NCBI GenBank assembly: GCA_965223265.1 | Contig: OZ244999.1 | Span: forward strand, 2,176,001-2,240,000 | Length of the DNA: 64,000 nt | Reading direction: 5' to 3' | DNA from: Planctomycetota bacterium | Lineage (GTDB): Bacteria; Planctomycetota; UBA8108; SXIK01 | In this document: one piece after another, positions 39,252 through 48,318 of the stretch | How positions within the stretch are numbered: the stretch's first letter is position 1 | Layout of the letters: each line of letters starts with the position of its first letter | Notes under the pieces: generated by a model | Databases searched by the model: none | Seen by the model: only the letters and a program-made list of their open reading frames with translations | What the model was told of the DNA's origin: nothing | Translations under genes and position numbers: made by a program

Positions 39252-40739
39252 GGGTGCAGTCGCAGCATAACGCGGATCAGGCCGCGATTTTCATCTCGCC
39301 GAGTATTTGCTCATGAGCGCCCCAGAACGAATCCCACCGTCGACTCAAGACGGCGCAACGTAGATTCAAGATCTGCTGGCCGCCGCGAGAGGACCACCGC
39401 ATGCCGGATCGTTTGAGACGGTGTCCGACGACGGTCTTGCACGCAGCTTCGACGACACCGCTGCCAATCGGCAGTCCCTTGGTGAGATAGGTCGAGTAGC
39501 GCATGTGTTCACGGTTGCGGTCGTAGTATCGTTCGGTTTCGTGAAGAGTCTTCGCTCGCTTCCCTGACGTGATACCTCGCCTCGTGCGACGGTTGCGTAG
39601 GGACCGAAGTACGTGTTTGACCCCGTCCTTCTGCTCGAGAAGCTTCGCACGTTGCTCTCGGAACCACGTTGTCGCTTCCGGGCTCCCGGGACCAAACAGA
39701 GCTTCGGAAGCTTCGCGCAGCTTCTCGGCAGCGTGAAAGAAATCGAGGATGCCTGTGGCGCGCTTGAGGATCGGATGCCCAGACTGATACGTCCAGTTCG
39801 AGAGCGCTCCGTCGGCGAGAAAGACCAACTTCGCGCCCCGAGGAAGGCTGCCCTTGACAGCTCGGACCTCTCGGTCGAGCTTCTCGTTCAAACCTTCCAC
39901 GCTTCCATCGGGCATTTCAGCGACGTACTTTGTTGAGAGTCGTTCACCAGCTTTGTCGTAGAGCGCAATCGTGCCGACCTCCGCCTGACGCCAGCCCTCG
40001 CCGCGAACGTTCACCATGGTGCCGTCTCGACTCACAGCGGCGACCTTAGCCGACTCGGCTTCGTCTTCGGTGGACACAGCGTGCTCGAAATAGATCTCAG
40101 AGAGATCTTCTCCTAGCTCGCCGACTTCGCTTGCTACGTGCTTGATCACCGTCGCGCATGGACGAAGAAAGTGCCAGCGCCGACAGAACTCTTCGACTTC
40201 CGCGGGGACTGACAATGCCGTCGAGTAGCTCACGAATTCGGCGGCCAGCGGTGTCATGCCGTGGTGCAAAATGCCTGCATTGCGCTCCAACGGACACATG
40301 GTGCGAGCCCTCGCCCCGTTGGCCTGATAGACCGTCCGCTTCACTTCGATTTTCCCAAGAAAGCACTGATACTCCTTGGGGCCGCGGTACTTGCGGTAGT
40401 GCCGTTCGCCATCGATGTCGAGGTGCGGTTCGTCAACGTCGCTTTCTTCAAGAACCGACTGTTCGATCGTTCGCCCAAGCTCCCCGAGCTGTTCGAACAG
40501 CGACCGCTCGAAAGCCGACAATGACCGCGGGCTCAAGCCCGCCGACTCGAAATCCCCGAGCGTCTCACAGAGCTGACGCTTGAACTCTCCAAGCAAATCG
40601 TCGATCTTCTCCAGCATTGTCATGTCCTTTCTCTTCACTGACTTTCCAATTCGAAGAGAAAGGACTTTTTTCGTGCCGTGTCAAGCTGCTACGCCTTCGT
40701 AAATCCCTACGAAACCGACGTTATGCGACATCTGCACCC
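39252..40739 (-). mobile_element. ISKra4-family insertion sequence (1488 bp)
   Basis: IRs GGGTGCAG-N5-GCATAACG at both ends; 8-bp direct repeat CCGTACTT at 39244-39251 and 40740-40747. Confidence 0.9.
39277..40623 (-). CDS. ISKra4-family DDE transposase
   Basis: SRDG, LADGA..NW, LDFFHA, GLPIGSGVVEAACK, RLKRSGMRW. Confidence 0.9.
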   Translation of the reverse strand: MTMLEKIDDLLGEFKRQLCETLGDFESAGLSPRSLSAFERSLFEQLGELGRTIEQSVLEESDVDEPHLDIDGERHYRKYRGPKEYQCFLGKIEVKRTVYQANGARARTMCPLERNAGILHHGMTPLAAEFVSYSTALSVPAEVEEFCRRWHFLRPCATVIKHVASEVGELGEDLSEIYFEHAVSTEDEAESAKVAAVSRDGTMVNVRGEGWRQAEVGTIALYDKAGERLSTKYVAEMPDGSVEGLNEKLDREVRAVKGSLPRGAKLVFLADGALSNWTYQSGHPILKRATGILDFFHAAEKLREASEALFGPGSPEATTWFREQRAKLLEQKDGVKHVLRSLRNRRTRRGITSGKRAKTLHETERYYDRNREHMRYSTYLTKGLPIGSGVVEAACKTVVGHRLKRSGMRWSSRGGQQILNLRCAVLSRRWDSFWGAHEQILGEMKIAA

Positions 40740-40913
40740 CCGTACTTTGGAGTGCGCCCGAAAGAATATATAGATATGCCGAGAGATCCCAAAGAACAGG
40801 CCGCGGTGAAGGCTCTACTCACGGTGTTCGAGGTGTGGCAACGGCTCCAGCAGCAAAGGCCAAGTCGCTCTTGTACTACGTACTTGTCAGATCCTGATGA
40901 CGAGTCGGATTAA

Positions 40914-41070
40914 CAGCCCGCCTGAAAAAGTCATTCGGCTGAGAAATCGGCCTCTTCGCGTCCAGATCGGCTGCGGCAAACGCAGGTAATCTCCGAGTTT
41001 TTTGCGGATTGACGCCGTCGAGCTGGGCGTGAAGAGGCCGGTTTCTCGGCCGACTTTTTCAGGCGGGCTG
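40914..41070. mobile_element. MITE (157 bp, long imperfect palindrome)
   Basis: Perfect 19-bp terminal IR CAGCCCGCCTGAAAAAGTC; flanked by TTAA / GTAA; no coding capacity. Confidence 0.85.
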
Positions 41071-41232
41071 GTAACACTCAGCGATCTCGAGCCAGCGCAC
41101 GAAGGTGACGCGCAGGTCGCGGAAGCGGATGTGAGGAGGAGACAATCAGGCCGCTCGTTCGGGGACTTCAACTGGCCTAAAAACTGACGAAGTCTAGTTC
41201 TTGGCCGTTGTCGTGAGTCCTTGCCCCGGATA

Positions 41233-41317
41233 TGGCTCTGCCCGGAGTCGAACCGGGACGCCCTTAACGGGCAACGGATTTTGAATCCGTCGCGTCTGCC
41301 AATTCCGCCACAGAGCC
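41233..41317 (-). tRNA. tRNA-Leu(CAA)
   Basis: Acceptor GGCTCTG/CAGAGCC-A, D-arm GGCGGAATTGGCAGACGC, anticodon arm ACGGA-TTCAAAA-TCCGT, long variable arm, GGTTCGACTCC T-loop; CCA not encoded. Confidence 0.96.
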
Positions 41318-41351
41318 GCAAAGATGCACTTCGCCTCAGCGGGGCGGGAGC

Positions 41352-41380
41352 ATTGTAGCGGCGACCTTGTCGGCTGTACA
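41352..41380 (-). promoter_or_regulatory. Putative stable-RNA promoter of tRNA-Leu
   Basis: TGTACA-N17-TACAAT followed by GC-rich discriminator GCTCCCGCCCC. Confidence 0.6.
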
Positions 41381-41580
41381 CCCCTGTTTGGCAGTGTCTC
41401 CGCTCGTCGAGACGACGTCCGCCGCTTCGTTGGAAACACCTCTGGAGACGAGACGTTACCAGTCTCTCCAAAGAGTGCTTCCACGTAGACCGGCCGCTTG
41501 GCGTCAGAGGCGGCGAACGCATGGTCGTCTCCGGGCCTTCGGAGGATTTCCAAACTCGATGTTAACGCATCGGAGGTTAA

Positions 41581-41740
41581 CAGCCTGTTGAAAAAGTGCT
41601 TCGAGCCGAAAACTGGTCTCTTCGCGTCCAGATCGGCTGCGGCAAACGGAGGCAATCTTCGGGATTTTCGAGTATTGACGCGGTCGAGCTGGGCGTGAAG
41701 AGGCCAGTTTCTTCGGCCGAATGACTTTTTCAACGGGCTG
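41581..41740. mobile_element. MITE (160 bp), same family as 40914-41070
   Basis: Termini CAGCCTGTTGAAAAAGT / ACTTTTTCAACGGGCTG, TTAA on both sides (41577-41580, 41741-41744); arms self-complementary over ~65 bp. Confidence 0.88.
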
Positions 41741-41745
41741 TTAAG

Positions 41746-42510
41746 TTAATACATGGGACGCCCGCCCAGATCACGCTCAGCCTGAAACGACCGTTTGGAA
41801 CGGGGCGGTGAAAAAATCACCTGCGCTACGATCAGGTCTCTGAGAGTCAAGTGTCCGTACACTGGCGTGGAACGTGCCGCCAGAGCCGCCGCCCGTGAGC
41901 GCCGCCTTTCCCGCGTCGCGCGTCGCTGGTTCCACGAGCTGCGAAGACGACGTTTCGCCAGACCACTCTCGAGATGGCGGCGTTCGGCGACCGATTCGAT
42001 GTGCCGCGACTGGAGTTTTGAGACCAAAAGTTCGTCGCTCAGCTGTCGGTCGCCGCGCGCGTCTTCCGCCGCATTCGCTTCCTGCGGTTGTTCTAGCGGA
42101 CGCCGGCCTCGCTGCTGCCGTTGCCTCTGCGCCGCTTGACGCCGTTGCTGCAGCTCTCGGCGGCGTTCCCGCAGCGCTTCTTGTCGCGCCTGCTCTTGCT
42201 GCGCCGCCGCGACATCGTACTCGACGGCGGCGGGTTCCGCAGCTTCATCCGGCTGGACATCTCGTACATCCCGCGCGCCCTGGCCTTGCGCCTCTTCTGA
42301 CTCTCGCCGTACTTCTTCAAGAAACTCCCGCAGGCCACGCGTCGTCGGTGGTCGCCGTACTGCTTTGCGAGCACTGAAGAGTGCCCGCAGAATCCCACCG
42401 ACGATGACGACTACGACGAACAAGATTTTGACGAGCTGCTCTGGGTCGGCAAAGGCACCCATGAGCAGCATTGTCACGAGATCGGGCATGACTGCGTGTA
42501 GCTCGGACAT
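41746..42510 (-). CDS. Hypothetical membrane-anchored protein downstream of floA (YqfB-like position)
   Basis: N-terminal TM, charged coiled region, C-terminal LRDLIVAQVIFSPP motif. Confidence 0.7.
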   Translation of the reverse strand: MSELHAVMPDLVTMLLMGAFADPEQLVKILFVVVVIVGGILRALFSARKAVRRPPTTRGLREFLEEVRRESEEAQGQGARDVRDVQPDEAAEPAAVEYDVAAAQQEQARQEALRERRRELQQRRQAAQRQRQQRGRRPLEQPQEANAAEDARGDRQLSDELLVSKLQSRHIESVAERRHLESGLAKRRLRSSWNQRRATRERRRSRAAALAARSTPVYGHLTLRDLIVAQVIFSPPRSKRSFQAERDLGGRPMY

Positions 42511-42688
42511 ATTGCGAAAGCCTGTTCAAGAGAATCGTTTTGGCCGGGAGAACGGCCTATTCTGCCAGCCCCATCGCTTCCATCTGGCACAATACTTTGC
42601 GGCAGCAGCTCAGTCATTGCCGGTGCTCGCGACGGCAGATCCGAGTGCGAGTAGCTTCGAATCTGTGGCGCAGCGCCGCAGCGGGCTC

Positions 42689-43765
42689 TTAGGTCCTTTC
42701 CGATTCGTCCAGCGAACGATCGTCTTCCTCCTCTTCGACGTTCTTCGCTAACTCCTCTCGCATACGTGTGTCGGCCTGCAAGTTGCGAAGATTGTAGTAG
42801 TCCATGACACCGAGGTTGCCGTGACGGAACGAGTCAGCGATCGCCGACGGAATCTCCTTCTCTGCCAGTACGACCTTGGCGCGGTTTTCCTGCGTCAGTG
42901 CCTCCATCTCTTGCGCGCGCGCCACGGCTTGCGCGCGCCGCACTTCGGCCTCGGCCTGCGCCCGTTTCTTTTCGGCTTCTGCCTTGTCGACAAGGAGCCT
43001 GGCGCCGATGTTCTCGCCGACGTCGATGTCGGCGATGTCGATCGACACGATTTCGTAGGCGGTTTGCGCATCGAGACCGGCGTTGAGAACTTCTTGGGAG
43101 ATCTTCCGCGGATTAGCTAGCACATCCTTGTGGGTGTCGGACTGGCCGATGGCAGCTACGATGCCCTCACCGACGCGCGCGATCACGGTCTCTTCCGTGG
43201 CGCCACCGACCAGCCGCGGCAGGTTCGTGCGCACTGTCACGCGGGCGCGGCAGCGGAGCTGAATCCCATCCTTGGCGACGGCATCGATGGTGGCGCGGCC
43301 GCGACCGGGACTGGGGCAGTCGATCACTTTCGGGTGCACACTCGTGCGTACCGCGTCGAGGACGTCGCGCCCCGCCAAATCGATGGCGGCTGCACGTTCG
43401 AACGACAGAGGAATTTCGGCGCGAGAGGCGGCGACGAGCGCCTGAACCACTTGGCGAACGTTGCCCCGGGCCAGCACGTGGCTCTGTAGCTTGTCGATGC
43501 CAACAGGAATGTTGGCCTTGGTGCTGGTGACGAGGACGTCCGTGATGAGCTGCGGGTTGATCTTCCGCAGGAACATACCGACGAATTCAGTGATCGCGAT
43601 CGGGCAGCCGGAAGAGTAGGCCTGGAGCCACAGCTTGCCGAAAGCGAGAAAGAAAAAGACGACTACGACAGCGAAGAGAATACCGACGGCGGCGCCGATT
43701 CCCTGCCAGATTGTTATGGCTAGCCACGGCGCATCCAGCCCAAACGTTGACCACATTGGGACCAT
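42689..43765 (-). CDS. floA: Flotillin-like protein FloA (YqfA/UPF0365)
   Basis: [56 protein letters not shown]. Confidence 0.93.
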   Translation of the reverse strand: MVPMWSTFGLDAPWLAITIWQGIGAAVGILFAVVVVFFFLAFGKLWLQAYSSGCPIAITEFVGMFLRKINPQLITDVLVTSTKANIPVGIDKLQSHVLARGNVRQVVQALVAASRAEIPLSFERAAAIDLAGRDVLDAVRTSVHPKVIDCPSPGRGRATIDAVAKDGIQLRCRARVTVRTNLPRLVGGATEETVIARVGEGIVAAIGQSDTHKDVLANPRKISQEVLNAGLDAQTAYEIVSIDIADIDVGENIGARLLVDKAEAEKKRAQAEAEVRRAQAVARAQEMEALTQENRAKVVLAEKEIPSAIADSFRHGNLGVMDYYNLRNLQADTRMREELAKNVEEEEDDRSLDESERT

Positions 43766-43876
43766 TACGTTCCTCTCTTTCCTCTTAGGCGCCCGCGTGT
43801 GGGCGGGTTGAGTTTCTATTTTGTCTCAAAATGAACCGATCGCCCCGCACTGCTCTCCGTCCCCGCGCCGCGATCC

Positions 43877-44374
43877 TCATGGCGGCGGCGTCGTCTCGGA
43901 TGTCTCAGCGCATAGCTTCACCAGCACTCGGTTTCCAGAGGCGTCGGTGACTTGGACTTTGGCTCCCTTGGGGATGAACCCGCCTGAGCTGATCACGTCG
44001 ATCTTGTGTCCCCCGATGGCGGCGATTCCGGCCGGGCGCAGCTCAGAGATGGTCACCCCCTCGAGGCCAACGAATTCCGAAATCGCGGTTTGGCCACGCA
44101 TCGGCTCATCGACCGTGAGCGCGGTCTTCAGAGAAACCTTTCGCAGCCAGTATCGAATCGATAGGAGCACGACCGTCACCGTGACCGCGATCGACGCGAC
44201 CGCTAGCACGGTGTGGCCCTGAGCGAAGAGACTGTAGATGCCAAAGACGGTACTCAGACCGCCGACGATGCCGAGAATGCCGAGCGACGGAATGAAGAGC
44301 TCAAGAAAGAGGCATGCGATCCCCACCGCAATGAGCAGGAACGCCAGCAGAGGGCTCGAGATGAATTCTGACAT
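43877..44374 (-). CDS. Short NfeD-family protein (TM + C-terminal OB-fold)
   Basis: LELFIPSLGILG TM motif; G..G.TISELRPAG, IDVISSG.FI..G. Confidence 0.85.
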   Translation of the reverse strand: MSEFISSPLLAFLLIAVGIACLFLELFIPSLGILGIVGGLSTVFGIYSLFAQGHTVLAVASIAVTVTVVLLSIRYWLRKVSLKTALTVDEPMRGQTAISEFVGLEGVTISELRPAGIAAIGGHKIDVISSGGFIPKGAKVQVTDASGNRVLVKLCAETSETTPPP

Positions 44375-44456
44375 TAGGGTTGTCCCAAGCGGCCGCTGCG
44401 ATCGGGCCGACTCGCCTCTTCATAACCTCTTCGGGTTGCGTCTGGCACGCAGCGTG

Positions 44457-46097
44457 TCATTCTGTCGTTTCCGGTGAGCCTTCGACAGCCGCGACGACGA
44501 CGTTGGCGCCAATCGACTCGACGATGCGGACCATTTGACCTTTCTCGATATACTGACCGTCCGAGACGACATCAAGCTGTCGTCCGTCCTCGAGCTCGAT
44601 CTTCCCCGCGGGGCGCAACGTGGTCACGGCGCTCCCCGTACAACCAACCAGCTCTGCCGTATCTGATTGGGACTCGAGCGCCGAATCCGCCGTCGGCACA
44701 CCGACGATGGCCGTCTCGGTCACCAACCCACGCTTGCGAAACGCAGAGGACGTCGACAGATACCATAGCAGCGCCATGAACAGCATGACTCCAACCCCAA
44801 ATGACCCAAAGAAAACGAATAGCGCCTCTTGGAATCTCTCGAGTCCGCCTTCTTCGGTCAACCCACCGCTGATCATGGCCAAAATGATGCTCAGTCCGCA
44901 GAGCGCTACCCCCAAAAGCGCGAAGATCGCGACACCCGGAAAGGCAAGCTCGAGGCCGATCAAGCCGAGCCCAACGACGAAGAGCAGCACTTCGTAGATC
45001 GTGGCGCTGGCCTGTTCGGCTCCGGAGACCGGGAAACATGCGGCGACGAAAAAGACGATAAAGCAGAGTGCACCGCACGCAGCAGGGATCATCGTGCCGA
45101 ACATCTTGAACTCGAGGAGGAGCCCGAGACAGCCTCCCATGATGAGCAGGAAGCGGACGAACGGGTGATTGAGAAAGTCGATGACGCTCTGCGCTTCAGG
45201 CGACTCCGGCTTGAACGCGGCGTGCGACGGGTCGACGACCTGAGCATCGGCGAGATCGAGTGCGACGCGGAGCTCATCAAAGTCGTTAACGATGTGGCGC
45301 GCGACGCCGAACGTTAGTGCATCGCGGGCGCCAATGGTGAGTGTGGTCCCCTTCGCGACGACGACACGTGCTTCGCCGACGACGCGAATCTTTCGTGCTC
45401 TGAGGTCCTGGAGATCTTCGGGGGTGACGAAGCGGTGCGTCTCCACGTCCTTACCGCCGCGGAACTCCGCCGTCCTGACGTGGAGGACGTCGCTCTGTGC
45501 CGGAGTGAAGAGAGCGCTCGCCAGTGCCACTGGATAGTTGCGACTGGCCGCATACTTTCGCGCCAGCCGCAGAATTCCATCGGCTGGTGCGGCGTCGCCG
45601 GCCCGGGCGCTTTCGCGCGGCGCGCCGAGATGGCTCTCTTCGCCCATGACGATTTCGTTGCAGGCGAGCGCAATGAGCGCCGTCAGCGCTGTCGCCTGTG
45701 CCCCGCGCTCCAGGAAAGCGGTTGTGCGAACGCTTTTTAGCCGGCCGAAGAGGTATTCTGCAAGTTCGACCGCGGCCTCCGAGTCGGCACCCGCCGAGTC
45801 GATCTCGACGATGACGTGGGTGATCCCCGGCTCCTGGCGGAGACGTCGTTCGACTTCTTCCTGGAGACTCTTCGAGAGTCCGTCGGTGACATGGCCCTTG
45901 ATGCGGACGGGGAGTAGCTTTGCCCGCACGTCGTCCTCCGCACCGCTCGGGTCTTGTGGCACCACCAGACCGCTCGCGAACAGGGCGCAGACAGCCGCCA
46001 GCCAAACTGGGCGACGGCCGCGCCGCCACCTCACGGCGAGCGCGCGCGACGTCGAAGTCGCGGCGTGGCGTCCGGCTCGATGCGGGAGAAAGATCAT
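44457..46097 (-). CDS. Long NfeD-family protein (Clp/crotonase-like domain, TM domain, OB-fold)
   Basis: IVEIDS.G, ALIALACNEIVMG, TLTIGA..A..FG, TM bundle, TTLRPAGK...LDVVSDGQYI; start at ATG 46097 supported by upstream promoter. Confidence 0.85.
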   Translation of the reverse strand: MIFLPHRAGRHAATSTSRALAVRWRRGRRPVWLAAVCALFASGLVVPQDPSGAEDDVRAKLLPVRIKGHVTDGLSKSLQEEVERRLRQEPGITHVIVEIDSAGADSEAAVELAEYLFGRLKSVRTTAFLERGAQATALTALIALACNEIVMGEESHLGAPRESARAGDAAPADGILRLARKYAASRNYPVALASALFTPAQSDVLHVRTAEFRGGKDVETHRFVTPEDLQDLRARKIRVVGEARVVVAKGTTLTIGARDALTFGVARHIVNDFDELRVALDLADAQVVDPSHAAFKPESPEAQSVIDFLNHPFVRFLLIMGGCLGLLLEFKMFGTMIPAACGALCFIVFFVAACFPVSGAEQASATIYEVLLFVVGLGLIGLELAFPGVAIFALLGVALCGLSIILAMISGGLTEEGGLERFQEALFVFFGSFGVGVMLFMALLWYLSTSSAFRKRGLVTETAIVGVPTADSALESQSDTAELVGCTGSAVTTLRPAGKIELEDGRQLDVVSDGQYIEKGQMVRIVESIGANVVVAAVEGSPETTE

Positions 46098-46140
46098 AAG
46101 TCGACGTGCCTCAAAGAATTGCAGCCTCTTACCCGAAGTT

Positions 46141-46169
46141 ATTTTGGGTTCCTTTTCGGACCTTGTCAA
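46141..46169 (-). promoter_or_regulatory. Putative sigma70 promoter of nfeD-floA operon
   Basis: TTGACA-N17-CAAAAT on minus strand, ~45 bp upstream of ATG 46097. Confidence 0.5.
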
Positions 46170-46296
46170 TGGCCTCACGCCGAGAGGCGTTGTGTTCCTT
46201 TTTCGGCCGCTTGCCGCCTCGAGCCAAAGGCCAATCGTGCACTGAGCGGAGCGTCTTGACACTCCCTTGGGATGAGCTCCTGCCAGGCGCATAGAC

Positions 46297-46324
46297 TTGA
46301 TCCGCCACGGTCGTGCTTCATAAT
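46297..46324 (+). promoter_or_regulatory. Possible promoter of gsp cluster
   Basis: TTGATC-N16-CATAAT, ~300 bp upstream of gspE. Confidence 0.3.
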
Positions 46325-46625
46325 CGTTTCTGGGCCGCGAACGACGGTGTGCAGGCACGACCGTCCCGGGCGATCGCCGCGCCGTCGTGGAGCTCTTTCT
46401 GCGGCGCCTTTGGATCGGCTTTTCCGCGTCGGGGCGACCGCACGGCCAGGATCGAGCCGCCGTGCCAATGGCTGCTGCAAACTTCTGGACACCGGCGCGG
46501 TGAGTTCGATCGCCCAAACCCAACTACTGTGCGGACGCAATGGTCCCGGCCGCAACCGTTCGGCGCTGCGGTCCATCCGGCTGACTCTCGCGGCGTTGCG
46601 ATTCTGACGAATACGAAGAGGGCTC

Positions 46626-48293
46626 ATGAGCATCGCAGACGAGCTTTTGACTCGAGGGCTCATCACGGCCGACCAACTCGCCGAGGCGCTGGATTTCGGC
46701 ACCAACCAGGGAGTGCGTGTCGATCGCGCCCTTGTTCAGCTCGGCCACGTCAGCGAGCTGCGGCTGCTCGAGGTTCTCGCTGAGGAGCTGTCACTCGAGG
46801 TGGTCGACTTGTCGACGATCACAATCGATCCTCAAGTCCTACGTTCGCTCCCGCCTAAGTTTGTCTATCGTAAACGCCTCTTGCCATTGTCGCGGGAGAA
46901 CGGCACGCTGCGCGTCGCGACGAGCGACGCCTACGACCTCTACGCTCTCGACGAGGCTCGCATGCTGACGGGCCTCAGCGTCGAGCCTGTTTTGGCGCCC
47001 ACCGAAGAGATCGAAAAAGTCATCAAGGCGCAGTATGGAGTCGGTGGCGACACCATCGACGAGCTTGTTGGGACAGACGGGCTCGAGTTCCTCAGCGGCA
47101 GCGATGAACCGGAGGATCTTCTCGAGATGGCGCACGAAGCAAGCGTCATCAAGCTGGTCAATGAGATCATCCTCGAAGCGGTCAACGAGCGCGCTAGTGA
47201 CATTCATATCGAGCCGTTCGAACGCCATTTGTCCATCCGCTACCGCATTGACGGTGTGCTCCATGAGGCTGCCTTGCCGCCGCAAATTCACCGCTTTCAG
47301 GCGGCGATCATCAGTCGCATCAAGATCCTCTCCAACTTGAACATCGCTGAGAAACGATTGCCACAGGATGGCCGGATCAAGTTCAACGTCGGCGGACGGC
47401 AGCTCGACGTTCGCGTCAGCGTCATTCCGATGATCTTCGGCGAAGGCATCGTTATGCGTCTTTTGGATAAGTCGAACGTGCTGTATTCTCTTCCTGAGCT
47501 CGGCATGGACGCCGAGACGTTCGAGACGTTTCAGCGACTGATCGAGCGGCCGCACGGCATCATCCTTGTCACAGGGCCGACTGGTAGCGGTAAGACGACA
47601 ACGCTCTATGCGGCGCTCAACGCGATCGTCGGGCCTGAGAAGAAGGTCCTGACTGTCGAGGATCCGGTTGAGTACAACCTCGACGGCGTCAATCAGATCC
47701 CGGTGGAGCCGAAGGTCGGAATGACGTTTGAGCGTGGGCTCCGGGCCATCCTGCGCCACGATCCTGATGTGGTCATGATTGGTGAGATCCGCGATCTCGA
47801 AACTGCCGAGGCGGCGACTCAGGCGTCGTTGACCGGACACCTCGTGCTCTCGACACTGCACACCAATGATGCAGCCTCCGCGGCGACGCGGCTCATCGAC
47901 ATGGGCGTTGAGCCGTTTCTGGTCACCAGCACGCTCGTCGGCGCGATGGCGCAGCGGCTGGTGCGGTCGATTTGTGTCGACTGCAAGGAAAAGTACAAGC
48001 CGGACCGAACGCAATTTCCGGCTGACCTCAAAGTGTCCAAGTCGGCAAGGATTGCTCGCGGCGTTGGGTGCCGCGCGTGTCGCCAGACCGGCTATCGCGG
48101 TCGGACCGGTGTTTACGAGCTCATGCGGATGAGTGACGCGATCGGCGAACAGGTCATGCAGCGGGCTCCTGCCACCGACGTTGTTCGTGTGGCTCGCTCT
48201 GAAGGCTTGCGATTGCTACGGGAGGATGGCTGGGCTAAGGTTCTCGCCGGCATCACCACACCCGAAGAAGTCGCGCGGTGTACGGCCGGTTGA
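46626..48293 (+). CDS. gspE: Type II secretion ATPase GspE/PilB family
   Basis: ASDIHIEP, EKRLPQDGR, GPTGSGKTT, EDPVEY, LRHDPD..MIGEIRD, TGHLVLSTLHTN, CxxC pairs. Confidence 0.93.
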   Translation: MSIADELLTRGLITADQLAEALDFGTNQGVRVDRALVQLGHVSELRLLEVLAEELSLEVVDLSTITIDPQVLRSLPPKFVYRKRLLPLSRENGTLRVATSDAYDLYALDEARMLTGLSVEPVLAPTEEIEKVIKAQYGVGGDTIDELVGTDGLEFLSGSDEPEDLLEMAHEASVIKLVNEIILEAVNERASDIHIEPFERHLSIRYRIDGVLHEAALPPQIHRFQAAIISRIKILSNLNIAEKRLPQDGRIKFNVGGRQLDVRVSVIPMIFGEGIVMRLLDKSNVLYSLPELGMDAETFETFQRLIERPHGIILVTGPTGSGKTTTLYAALNAIVGPEKKVLTVEDPVEYNLDGVNQIPVEPKVGMTFERGLRAILRHDPDVVMIGEIRDLETAEAATQASLTGHLVLSTLHTNDAASAATRLIDMGVEPFLVTSTLVGAMAQRLVRSICVDCKEKYKPDRTQFPADLKVSKSARIARGVGCRACRQTGYRGRTGVYELMRMSDAIGEQVMQRAPATDVVRVARSEGLRLLREDGWAKVLAGITTPEEVARCTAG

Positions 48294-48318
48294 GCGCGGC
48301 AAGCACGTTAGGATTCTC

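Larger units (their letters stand above)
38704..40913 (+). pseudogene. Hypothetical lipoprotein gene interrupted by ISKra4-like element
   Basis: Lipobox LIGG|C; removing IS plus one 8-bp duplication joins 38704-39251 to 40748-40913 in frame (…GRTPY-F-GVRPKEYID…DDESD*, 237 aa). Confidence 0.85.

Noticed and set aside
40617-40913. 98-aa ORF as an independent gene
   Set aside because: Chimera of the IS end and the 3' part of the interrupted lipoprotein gene
38520-41233. Integrase-type genomic island anchored at tRNA-Leu
   Set aside because: No integrase and no duplicated tRNA 3' end (att site) found
46098-46523. 142-aa N-terminal extension of NfeD
   Set aside because: Spans the divergent promoter region; no domain content
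46839-48014. 391-aa minus-strand ORF
   Set aside because: Antisense to the well-supported gspE
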